Under the pieces are notes generated by a model. The model ran no database searches. It saw nothing but the letters and a program-made list of their open reading frames with translations, and was not told the origin of the DNA. From Acidobacteriota bacterium (GTDB lineage: Bacteria > Acidobacteriota > UBA890 > WLXD01): a stretch of DNA of 64,000 nt. The DNA lies in assembly GCA_965205505.1 (NCBI GenBank), contig CBDBHB010000009.1:1696001-1760000 (forward strand), given 5' to 3'. How positions within the stretch are numbered: position 1 is the first letter of the stretch; each line of letters opens with the position of its first letter. This document shows positions 55,449 to 64,000 of the stretch, one piece after another. A program made the translations under genes and the position numbers.

Positions 55449-56852
55449 CTATTTGTCATCGAGGCTTCCCTCGGCGATCGCTGCTCGCCTGTGCCTGTAG
55501 ATGGTTGCTCGATGGAGACGGAGCTCGGAGGCCACAGCGCCCGGAGACAAACCATCGTTTAGCAACTCAATGACACGCTGCCGTGTCTGACCTTCGACGT
55601 CGGCGACGAGCCAGCTCATGAAGCCGTTCTCGTCGGTCGCGAGTTGCGCTTCGAATGAAGCTGCGTCGCCGCCGCTGAGCCCCCTGGCTTTCTCGAACCG
55701 AACCTCGAACCGGGCGCCATCCTCAGCCCGGTAGTCGCCCGGGCGCTGAAGCTTGACCACCACATCGAGAACATCCTCCCGGCGAGAGGTACCGCGCTGA
55801 GCACCGTTCTTGCCAGCGTGGTGCACGAGGAGGACGGCCACTCCTCGCCGCCTCAACCCCAGTAGAAGATCCTGAGCGGGTCCCCATGCTTCGGCCTCGT
55901 TCTCCGGACCGGCTCCGAACAACGTGGAAATATTGTCGAAGACTACGAGCTTGGCGTCCCCAAGGATCGCGTCGATGAGGCGCTCCCCCTCCGGGCTATC
56001 GAGCGCAGGCACCGGGATCTCCTGGGCGTCCGCGGCGAGGATTCGGAACGGGATTCTCGCGGTGTCGACGTCCGGAGCCAGCCCGGCGAGGAGATGACTC
56101 GTGCGCGTCTGTAAAGTTTCGATAGGCATCTCGCCATCGACGTAAAGCACAGGCGCCGGCTCAGCTGCCTTCCAGCCCATCACCGTTTGCCCGGTCGCAA
56201 CGCCGAGCGCAATGGAGAGCGCTACCCACGTCTTGCCGGTCCCGCGATTCGCGTACAGCAGGGCCAAGTCCTTCTCATAGAACCAAGGCGACAAGAGGGG
56301 CTGGCGAGGGGGTAGACGAAGTTCGAGATAGTCCGCGAGTTCATACACCCGGAACCGTTCCGCGGCACGGCCCGCACCGTTTGCGATCGCCGCGATGGCC
56401 TGCTGGGCTCCCAAGAGGACTACCTCAGGATCCGCGCCCGGGTCCATCGCCATGTTGCGGATAGTCTCTGCCTCGGCGATGGCGTCGCGCAGGATCGCTT
56501 TGTCCTTGATGCTGCGCGCGTACTGCTCGACGTTGGCCGCCGCCGGGATACCGTCGATGAGGCCGGAGATGTACGCCGCGCCGCCGGCGCGCTCGAGCAC
56601 GTCGCGTCGGGTCAGCTCCTCGCGCAGCGTCACCGTGTTGATAGTCTCCGAGCGCCTCGAGATCGCGCCCATTGCCTCATAGATCAGCCGATTGGCGTCG
56701 CCGAAGAAGTCGTCCGGAGTCAGGATCTGCGTGGCGGTGTTGAACGCCTGGTTGTCGAGCAACACCGCGCCGAGGATCGCCCGCTCGGCCTCGTCGAAGT
56801 GCGGCAGCGCGCGCTCCTCGTGCCGTGTCCGGACTTGACGCAGCCGCCCCAC
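55449..56852 (-). CDS. DnaB N-terminal plus AAA_25 (RepA-like) helicase with C-terminal HTH
   Basis: EAERAILGAVL, ANRGTGKT, YVDGEM, VFDN, VHHAGK, RGTS. Confidence 0.85.
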   Translation of the reverse strand: MGRLRQVRTRHEERALPHFDEAERAILGAVLLDNQAFNTATQILTPDDFFGDANRLIYEAMGAISRRSETINTVTLREELTRRDVLERAGGAAYISGLIDGIPAAANVEQYARSIKDKAILRDAIAEAETIRNMAMDPGADPEVVLLGAQQAIAAIANGAGRAAERFRVYELADYLELRLPPRQPLLSPWFYEKDLALLYANRGTGKTWVALSIALGVATGQTVMGWKAAEPAPVLYVDGEMPIETLQTRTSHLLAGLAPDVDTARIPFRILAADAQEIPVPALDSPEGERLIDAILGDAKLVVFDNISTLFGAGPENEAEAWGPAQDLLLGLRRRGVAVLLVHHAGKNGAQRGTSRREDVLDVVVKLQRPGDYRAEDGARFEVRFEKARGLSGGDAASFEAQLATDENGFMSWLVADVEGQTRQRVIELLNDGLSPGAVASELRLHRATIYRHRRAAIAEGSLDDK

Positions 56853-57103
56853 TACGCGACCTCGCCTCGGTCGCCGACACAGGCGGTACCGTTGAGCCCG
56901 TTGGGCTGTCGAATGTCCAGACCCCGGCCCGCTAGGGCCTCCAGGACCGCCTCCTGCATGCATCCGGCGTGACAGTGCAACAAGCACCTGCCCGTCGCGC
57001 TCAGGCTCGGGTTGCGGTCCTTGTGCGCCGGGCGGCGGCACATGCCGCCATGTCCGTTGGATCGGCGCTCGAGCGTGCGGACGATCTGCTCCAGGCTGGC
57101 CAC
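56852..57103 (-). CDS. Stand-alone primase zinc-binding-like domain
   Basis: PAHKDRNPSLS...LLHCHAGC. Confidence 0.65.
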   Translation of the reverse strand: MASLEQIVRTLERRSNGHGGMCRRPAHKDRNPSLSATGRCLLHCHAGCMQEAVLEALAGRGLDIRQPNGLNGTACVGDRGEVA

Positions 57104-57104
57104 G

Positions 57105-57329
57105 TCACGTTGACGGCTGGCGAGAGGCAGGCTGATCGCCCCCCGGCAGCGCGGTCGGACGGCTCGCTAACCACGCCTTGATGTCCGCCAGCCGCCAGGC
57201 TACGGCACGGCGGCCGATACGCACCGGACGGGGAAACTCCCCCGCATCCATCGCAGCATAGATCGCTGACCTGGAAAGTAGCGTGATCCGCTCGACTTCA
57301 GGACGCTTGATGAGGACTTGCTGCTCCAT
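57105..57329 (-). CDS. alpA: AlpA family regulator/excisionase
   Basis: LSRSAIY...GEFPRPVRIGRRAVAW. Confidence 0.92.
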   Translation of the reverse strand: MEQQVLIKRPEVERITLLSRSAIYAAMDAGEFPRPVRIGRRAVAWRLADIKAWLASRPTALPGGDQPASRQPST

Positions 57330-57440
57330 GAGGAACCTCCTTGGTTTTGCTGGTTCCTCCCACTGTGCAGGGGTACCTCTGGCCTGTCATGGGTGCGAGT
57401 TTCCGAAAACTCGCCCCCTCGGCCAGCGTGGCGCAACCGA

Positions 57441-58091
57441 CTACCGATTACCCCGCCATATGTCGCGCATGGTGCCGTACGTTTTCACAGCGTGGTCTCT
57501 TTCGGCGAGCACCTGGGCCACAATGTCGCAGGCGGAGGCACGCTCGGTAATTTCATTGCGCGTCTCAGGCATACCGCACTTCGTAAGCAGGTGGACCGCC
57601 CATCGGATTACGTCATTTCGCGCGGCCATCTTGGGGGCCGGCCCTCTGCTGCCCTTGCCGCCTTTCGGTCGCGGACACCGGCCGTGGATTACGTCGCCCA
57701 CCCAACGGTGCAGGGCTTTCCCGAGTGGACGTTCGCCTTCGGTGCGCACGAACGTCCACGCCAGCGCGTCCCAATCTACGGGGTTAGTACGTGATCCTTC
57801 GATAGTGGATTCGATATCCTCGCGCAGGGTCTTGTCTTTGCCCCGAAGAAACAACGCAGCGTACATCCATACGTTGTAGTTGTGGGCGATCGCTGGGTTT
57901 CTCCACGACGGGTCCAGGTCGAGCCACAAGCCCACAAGCGCACGCGCATCGTCGTTGGAAATGCGCTCTTTCTTATCAATGAATCGTGCCACGTGCTCGC
58001 GGTGTTGACGGTGAAACTCATCGTTCCGGGCTTTGTCTAGGACGGCACGCACAGGCAACACTGGTTGCCTCGCGCGCTCTTCTTCACCCAT
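57441..58091 (-). CDS. Hypothetical island protein
   Basis: ORF between integrase and AlpA, protein-like composition. Confidence 0.5.
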   Translation of the reverse strand: MGEEERARQPVLPVRAVLDKARNDEFHRQHREHVARFIDKKERISNDDARALVGLWLDLDPSWRNPAIAHNYNVWMYAALFLRGKDKTLREDIESTIEGSRTNPVDWDALAWTFVRTEGERPLGKALHRWVGDVIHGRCPRPKGGKGSRGPAPKMAARNDVIRWAVHLLTKCGMPETRNEITERASACDIVAQVLAERDHAVKTYGTMRDIWRGNR

Positions 58092-58395
58092 GAGCAAGCA
58101 CCGGCACGATGGTCTGGATCGGGGCGGGCAACCTGGAGTGCGGCCCGAGCCCACTGATCAATGCGTACAGCAGCATCAGGCCCAGGATGACGGCCGGGAT
58201 CAGCCTCAGCACGCGGCCCGAAAGGTTGATCATGGGCGGGCGGAGATCGCCCATCCGCACGTTGCCGAGCTCACCTCTGTCCATATCATCTCTCCGTAGG
58301 CACGGGGGCGGTGGGGTAGACACGTCTTCAGGGTAGCGTGCGTGGCCGTGTGCCAACCCACTTCAGCAGGCAGGGAACCGACCCGGTACTGCTCC

Positions 58396-59649
58396 CTAGA
58401 CAGGGCGCAGCATCGGCACCACCTTGCCGCCCTCAGCACTCAGGTAAGCGGCCCAGTCTTCCATCAGCTGCCGGCGCCGCTCCAGCAGGTCGGAGCGCGC
58501 ATAGGCCGCCTCGGTCGGGTCGCGCACCGCATGTGCCAGCGCCGCCTCCATGACCGCCCGCGGTGCGTTGGTGCACTCCGCCGCCCAGTCCCGGAACGAT
58601 GAGCGAAACCCGTGCGGCACCGCTTCAATGCCCAGCTGCCGCAGCACCCGGGAAAGGGTCGCGTCCGCCAGCGGCCTGCCGGCCCGTGCACCGGGAAACA
58701 CCAGCCCCTCGCCATCCCTGAGCCCCCGCGCCTGGCGCAGGATCTCCATTGCCCGGCCCGATAGCGGCACCCGGTGGGCCCGGTTCGATTTCATGCGCTC
58801 GGGTGCAAGAGTCCACTCCCTCGCCTCCAGGTCCATCTCCTGCCAGGTAGCCAACCGCACCTCGCCGGAGCGGGCCGCCGTCAACACCAGAAACTCCAGG
58901 GCCAGCTTCACCACCCCGGAGGCATCCGAAGCCCGTACCGCCTCGATCGCACCGTCCACCTCGGCATGCGGCAACGCCCGCATATGCTGTCGCCGCTTGC
59001 GGTGCCGTGGCAGCGCCTGGGTGATCGCCTCACCAGCCGGGTTGTCGCCACGGTACCCCTGCGCCATGGCCCACTTCATCACCGCACCGATGCGCGCCCG
59101 CACCCGCCGTGCGGTCTCGGCCTTGTCATGCCAGATCGGACCCAGTACCTCCAACACCTCGGCCGTCGTCACCTCCGACACCGGCATCTCACCGATGCGC
59201 CCGTACGCATAGGTGCGCAACTCCGTTTTCCATTGCGCCGCATACTTGGCGTTGCGCCACCCGGGGCGGTGCATCTCATACACCTTGGCCGCTGCTTGCG
59301 CGAACGTCGGCATGCCCTCGGCCCGGCGCTTGTCTGTCAGCGGGTCACCGCCGGCACGGGCCAGCTTGCGGTTGGCAAATGCCACCTCGCGCGCCTCCGA
59401 CAGCGACACCAAGGGGTAGCCTCCGAGACCCAGTTCCCGGCGACGGCCCTGGATCACGATCCGCTGTACCCAGCTGCGCGCTCCGCTCGGGATCACGTTC
59501 AGGTACAGGCCGTGTCCATCGCAGTACCGGCCCGGCTTCATTACCGTGCGTACGAACGCCGCCGACAGGGCCCGCTCCGGGTGCTTGCCGCTCTTGCGCC
59601 GAGGGCTGGGTTTCGGTGCAGTTGCTTGCGCATCGGCGATATTCTGCAT
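58396..59649 (-). CDS. P4-like tyrosine integrase
   Basis: DGHGLYL arm-binding domain, ARSGE, MK, HGFRSSFRDW, LAH, AYARSD. Confidence 0.95.
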   Translation of the reverse strand: MQNIADAQATAPKPSPRRKSGKHPERALSAAFVRTVMKPGRYCDGHGLYLNVIPSGARSWVQRIVIQGRRRELGLGGYPLVSLSEAREVAFANRKLARAGGDPLTDKRRAEGMPTFAQAAAKVYEMHRPGWRNAKYAAQWKTELRTYAYGRIGEMPVSEVTTAEVLEVLGPIWHDKAETARRVRARIGAVMKWAMAQGYRGDNPAGEAITQALPRHRKRRQHMRALPHAEVDGAIEAVRASDASGVVKLALEFLVLTAARSGEVRLATWQEMDLEAREWTLAPERMKSNRAHRVPLSGRAMEILRQARGLRDGEGLVFPGARAGRPLADATLSRVLRQLGIEAVPHGFRSSFRDWAAECTNAPRAVMEAALAHAVRDPTEAAYARSDLLERRRQLMEDWAAYLSAEGGKVVPMLRPV

Positions 59650-59753
59650 CCCCCTCTTATTCCGCCATTAAAGGCGGGAATGTAGCGGATTGTCCGGGAA
59701 CACGCAAGATGGACGAATACTCGTAACTGTCTGACTCTACTGATGCTTAGGGA

Positions 59754-60125
59754 CTAATAGGTCAACTTAGGAATGCACCGGATCTGAACGATGGCAGAGA
59801 TGCCGAGCGCCAATGTGAGCACCGCCGTGGCGGTGAATCCCCAGCTCTTGCCGAGCGTCCTAAGTGCGTAGCGGATGTCTTGTATCAGCATGTCGAAGTG
59901 GTTCCCCTTGCGCTCGTCGCGGCACTCTTCCTTGAAGCGCTGCGTGGCGCCGAAGCTCATGCGAGCCTTCCGCTGGGCTTCCTCGTGGCCCAGGCCCTGG
60001 TGTCGGTACTTGTCGGTTTCCATCTCGAGGTGGAACGACAGCTCGTCGTCGAGCTCTCGATCGTCCGCCCGTCGCCCGTCGCCGCGCAATCGCTCCAGCA
60101 AGTCTCCCCAAGCTCTCTTGCCCAT
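59754..60125 (-). pseudogene. ADOP permease 5' part, truncated at the att site
   Basis: [28 protein letters not shown], then 14 island-derived residues. Confidence 0.9.
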
Positions 60126-60134
60126 CCGTAGCCT

Positions 60135-60467
60135 CTAGACCGTTTGCAGGATCGCGCTCACCGCTCGCGAGAGCCGATCCCAGTTGCGTGCTTCATCCGC
60201 CAGCTGCTCTTTTCCCATGGTGGTCAGTCGGTAGTACTTGGCGCGTCGGTTGTTCTCCGAGGTGCCCCACTCCGCGCCGATGTAGCCGTGCCGTTGCAGT
60301 CGATGGAGGGCCGGATAGAGCGAGCCTTGGTTGACTTGCAGAACGTCCCTGGACATCTGCTGGATACGCTGCGAGACGCCCCAACCATGCTGCGGGGCAA
60401 GTTGCAGGGTTTTGAGGATGAGCATGTCCAGGGTGCCCTGGAGCAGGTCGACGTTGGCCTTGGTCAT
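60135..60467 (-). CDS. PadR family regulator
   Basis: QGTLDMLILK, GSLYPALHRL, NNRRAKYY. Confidence 0.95.
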   Translation of the reverse strand: MTKANVDLLQGTLDMLILKTLQLAPQHGWGVSQRIQQMSRDVLQVNQGSLYPALHRLQRHGYIGAEWGTSENNRRAKYYRLTTMGKEQLADEARNWDRLSRAVSAILQTV

Positions 60468-60742
60468 TGGCTCTTCTCGCGTAGTTCGTCTACGGGAAAT
60501 CGATGGTCATCGTGTCCAGCACCTTGACGCTCATGCGCGCCCGTTCCTCTAGACACTCGACAAGAGTGACCCGGGCTCTTGTCGCGTGTCAAGGGGAGTC
60601 GAGGATTTTGCTGCCGGAAGCGGTTATCGGCGCCCTCATCGCCGCCAGCATCGACTCCCACGAGGCAACTGCAATGCGTTCGTGCGCCCATCCTGGACAG
60701 TACGGTGGCAGCTACGCTCGATCCCCAGCGCTGCTGCATAGC

Positions 60743-60811
60743 TTGACAAAGTGGGGCTGTCGCTCATATGGTCTGCTGAGCCGACTAAATAGACTGAGCC
60801 GACCAAATAGA
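60743..60811 (+). promoter_or_regulatory. sigma70 promoter plus 18-bp tandem repeat
   Basis: TTGACA-N18-TATGGT, then CTGAGCCGAC(T/C)AAATAGA twice. Confidence 0.55.
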
Positions 60812-60830
60812 CGATGAGATAACACAAACC

Positions 60831-61157
60831 ATGCCTACTGCGTTGGGTGAGCTTGAGACCCTCGTGCTGCTGGCCACGCTGCGGCTGGGGGAGGGCGCGT
60901 ATGGGGTCTCGATCCGCGACGAGATTCGGGATCGGACCGGGCGGGCGCTGAGCCGGGGAGCCATCTATAGCACCATCACGAGGCTCCAACGCCGCGACTG
61001 TCTGACCTCCGCGATGGGAGAGCCGACGCCGGTCCGCGGCGGCCGCGCCAAGCGATATTTCTCCGTCACGGATTCCGGGTTAGGCGCGATTCGAGCTTCC
61101 ACCCGCGCCGTCGATCAGATGCGGGACGGTCTCGATACCGTGCTGACAGGAGGCTGA
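60831..61157 (+). CDS. PadR family regulator
   Basis: LGELE, AYGVSI, GAIYSTITRL, RGGRAKRYF. Confidence 0.92.
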   Translation: MPTALGELETLVLLATLRLGEGAYGVSIRDEIRDRTGRALSRGAIYSTITRLQRRDCLTSAMGEPTPVRGGRAKRYFSVTDSGLGAIRASTRAVDQMRDGLDTVLTGG

Positions 61158-63910
61158 GTGATGTCGGTCCGCTGGTTGATGCGTGCGCTTGTCCTGGTCG
61201 CCTCGCCGGCCATCGACCGCGACATGGTGGTCGGCGACCTCGACGAGGAATGGGAGGAGCGCATCCGGCCCAGCTTGGGCAGAGTCGCTGCCGAGCTCTG
61301 GTATGCCCGCGAGAGCCTGTCGCTAGTGTTCGGCTTGTTGCGTGATCGATTGCGGGCGCGCTGGGAGCGCGAGCCGCAGCCGCGCGGTAGCGCCCGGCCC
61401 GAAGGCTTACGCCCAGCCTCGATGCGCGCCCGGCACCGATTGAACGGAGCACCCGTACACGAGCGAGGTTGGAGGAACGGATGGGCGACGGATTTCCGCC
61501 ATACCGTGCAAGGACTCGCCCGGCAGCCAGGGTTCACTATCACCGCGCTGCTGACCCTGGGGCTCGGCGTTGGCGCCACAGTGGTGATGTTTACCCTGGT
61601 GCACGCCGCCTATCTGCTGACGCTGCCGTATCCGGACGCCGATCGCTTGGTCAAGGTATTCACCGGCTACGAGAATAGCCTCGAGGGGAGGAACCCGATC
61701 TCACCGCTCACCTGGCAGGACGCCGAGAATCGGCGCGATCTCGTCGACGCCACCGAGGTTTGGGAGCGGCGCAGCTATCACCTGCGTGACGACAGCGGCA
61801 CGGTGCGCCGGGTGGAAGGAGCCCGGGTCTCGGCTGGACTGTTTGGGCTTATGGGAGCGACGCCTGCCGTGGGGCGGCTCTTTCTACAGGCCGAAGCCAC
61901 ACCGGGCGCCGACGGCGCGGTGATTCTCTCTCATGTCATGTGGACCCAGTCGTTCGGGGGCGATTCCGCGGTGCTCGGTACAACCCTGGTGCTCGACGGT
62001 GGCGGCTACGAGGTGGTCGGCGTCCTCGAACCGGGATTCGAGTTCATCCGCGGTGCTGAGCTGTGGATACCGTTGGCTCTGGGCTCGGAGTGGTATGAGC
62101 CGGGGCGACGCGGTTGGGAGTTCCTGGAGACGGTCGCCCGGCTCGACGAAGGGGTCACACCCGCTATCGCCGCTGCCGGCCTCACCGATCAACTGGTGCA
62201 AGAGGCGCCGGATCGAGTTGCCAACGTCGGGCAACGGGTGAACGTCATCCCGTTGCGAGAGCATCTGGTCGGCGATACTGGCGCGGTGCTCCTGGTCTTG
62301 TTGGCGGCGGTCACCCTGGTGCTGCTGATCGGCTGCGCGAACGTCATGAACCTGCTGCTGGCGCGCGCCGAGTCCCGCCGTCACGAGTTCGCGCTGCGGC
62401 GGGCGCTGGGCTCCGGGGCCCGGCGACTGGGCCGCCTCGTGGTGCTCGAGACATTCTTGCTGACCGCTGCCGCTGGCGCCCTCGGGGTTGTTGGCGCGGT
62501 GGCGGTGACCCGGGCCATCGCCGCGTCACCGCCGGCCAACGTCGCCGCCCTCAGGGAGCTTGCCGTAGGCTGGCCGGTGGTGCTGTTTGCCGTGGCCGTG
62601 AGTGCGGGCACCGCTCTGTTGTTTGGCATGGCCCCAGTCGCCAGCGCGCTGACCTCAGCGCCGAGCGAGGTGCTGCGGGAAAGTACCGGCCGGGCAGGGG
62701 GGAGCGCGTACGGCGCTCGCATCCGTTCCGGGCTGGTGGTGATGGAGGTGGCGCTGGCGGTGGTGCTGGTGTTCGGAGTCGGCGTTACCGCAGAGAGCTT
62801 CCGTCGCCTGACCACGATGGTGACCGGCTTCGAGGCCGACGGCAAGCTGGCGGTGAAACTGGAAACCCCGGTCGAGGGTTACGGGGGGGGGGTGGAGCGG
62901 GGGGGTGGAGCGCGGCGAGGTGTATCGCCGCATCTTCGATCGCGTGCGTGCTTTGCCCAGCGTTTCACAGGCGGCGTTGACCTACGCATTGCCGCTAACG
63001 GGTGTCGTCTGGTCGGCGTCGTTTGATCTCGTCGAGCCCGACCCGTCGGTTGCCGACGCCGCCCTGGGCGGCAACATGCGCCCAGTTTCCCCCGGCTACT
63101 TCCGCACCATGGGGATTCGGCTGCTCAGTGGTCGGGTGCTCAATGCCACCGACGAGCCCGGAGCCCCGCCGGTGGTGGTCGTCGACGAGGCCGTCGCCCG
63201 CCGAGCCTGGCCCGGTCGGTCGCCGTTGGGTGAACGCATCGAGCTCGAGGTGTTTCTCGGCGACATGCAGGAGGCCACGGTGGTCGGGGTGGTGGGCAAC
63301 GTGCGCGACCGCGATCTCGCCACGCCGGGTGCAGGCCACGTCTATTTCTCAGCCTGGCAGAGTCCCCAGCGGGAGATGATCTTGGTCGCGGCCAGCACCG
63401 GTGACCTGTTGTCGCTGGCGCCGCAGATCGGTGCGGTCGTCGCCGAGGTGGACGCGCGCATCCCCGTTTACGATGTGCGGCCGCTCTCGTCGTTGGTCGA
63501 TGCGACGCTCGCATCGCCGCGCTTGGGGTTGTTGCTCATGAGCACTTTCGGTTCCGTGGCGCTGCTGCTCGCCGCGGTCGGGGTCTACGGCGTTGTCTCC
63601 TACACAGTGGCGCTCAGGACGCGAGAGATCAGCACGCGCATCGCCCTCGGGGCCACCCCCGGGAAGGTGTTGGCGATGGTGCTGCGCCGGGTCACTCTGC
63701 TCTGGCTAGCCGGCGGCGTCGCCGGATCGATCGTTGCCCTCGCCGCTGCATCGATCGCCGAAGGGTTTGCTCTTCGAGATGGATCGCGGCAATCCGATGA
63801 TTCTTGTCGCCGCCGTCCTTGGCCTGGGGCTCGTAGCCGTGGCGTCGACGATCGCCCCGGCGCGCCGCGCCGCTCGGCTGGACGGCATCGAGGTTCTGCG
63901 CCGCGGATAG
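61158..63910 (+). CDS. ADOP-type ABC permease with frameshifts (~62885-62907 poly-G, ~63770)
   Basis: LLIGCANVMNL, RTREISTRIALGA; continues in the 62905 frame. Confidence 0.8.
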
Positions 63911-64000
63911 CTGCACGCTGAGCCTCGCAGAGGTCACGCCAAGTCGTCGGGCCAACCCTGCGGGCCACGGGTGCTCGTCATTCGCCAAACGGCGGGCGAG

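Larger units (their letters stand above)
47834..59805. mobile_element. ~12 kb integrative, phage-satellite-like element with GATGCCG direct repeats (47834-47840, 59799-59805)
   Basis: Splits the permease in frame; carries integrase, AlpA and a replication module; arm-like TATTCC(CA/G)CCATTAAA near both ends. Confidence 0.9.

Noticed and set aside
54938-55555. 205-aa ORF with CD/ATTV repeats
   Set aside because: The N-terminal part merely translates the iterons.
62883-62907. Poly-G frameshift as phase variation of the permease
   Set aside because: The window has several other indels (ompA twice, IS110, ~63770), so sequencing error is at least as likely. Needs reads.

Overview
GC-rich bacterial chromosome segment. 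PadR plus ADOP-type permease pairs suggest Acidobacteriota (inference). Core content: M28 peptidase, sulfatase-like protein, HMG-CoA synthase, MoxR/DUF58/VWA operon, ECF sigma/anti-sigma/DUF4097, LutC plus LutB-CCG, an Aas fusion, a sigma54 two-component system beside an OmpA lipoprotein, a purine catabolism cluster (puuD, xdh subunits, uraH, uraD, alc, allB), guaB and secA. Most striking is a ~12 kb satellite-like integrative element (47841-59805: tyrosine integrase, AlpA, primase Zn domain, DnaB_N/AAA helicase, iterons). It sits precisely inside the conserved LALGIGANT motif of an ADOP permease gene, at a 7-bp core with palindromic flanks, so excision would restore an ~885-aa gene. Inside it are two ~185-bp repeats, each a 5' half tRNA-Lys plus arm-like sequence, that delimit a 2-kb cassette. 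It also carries a tRNA-Leu att scar, a putative HEPN protein and an IS3. Elsewhere are an IS1111-type IS110 with a probable bridge-RNA region inserted in a stop-codon-anchored palindromic repeat, and a 274-bp MITE. Several frameshifts may be sequencing errors. All calls come from motif recognition by eye; no database searches were run.
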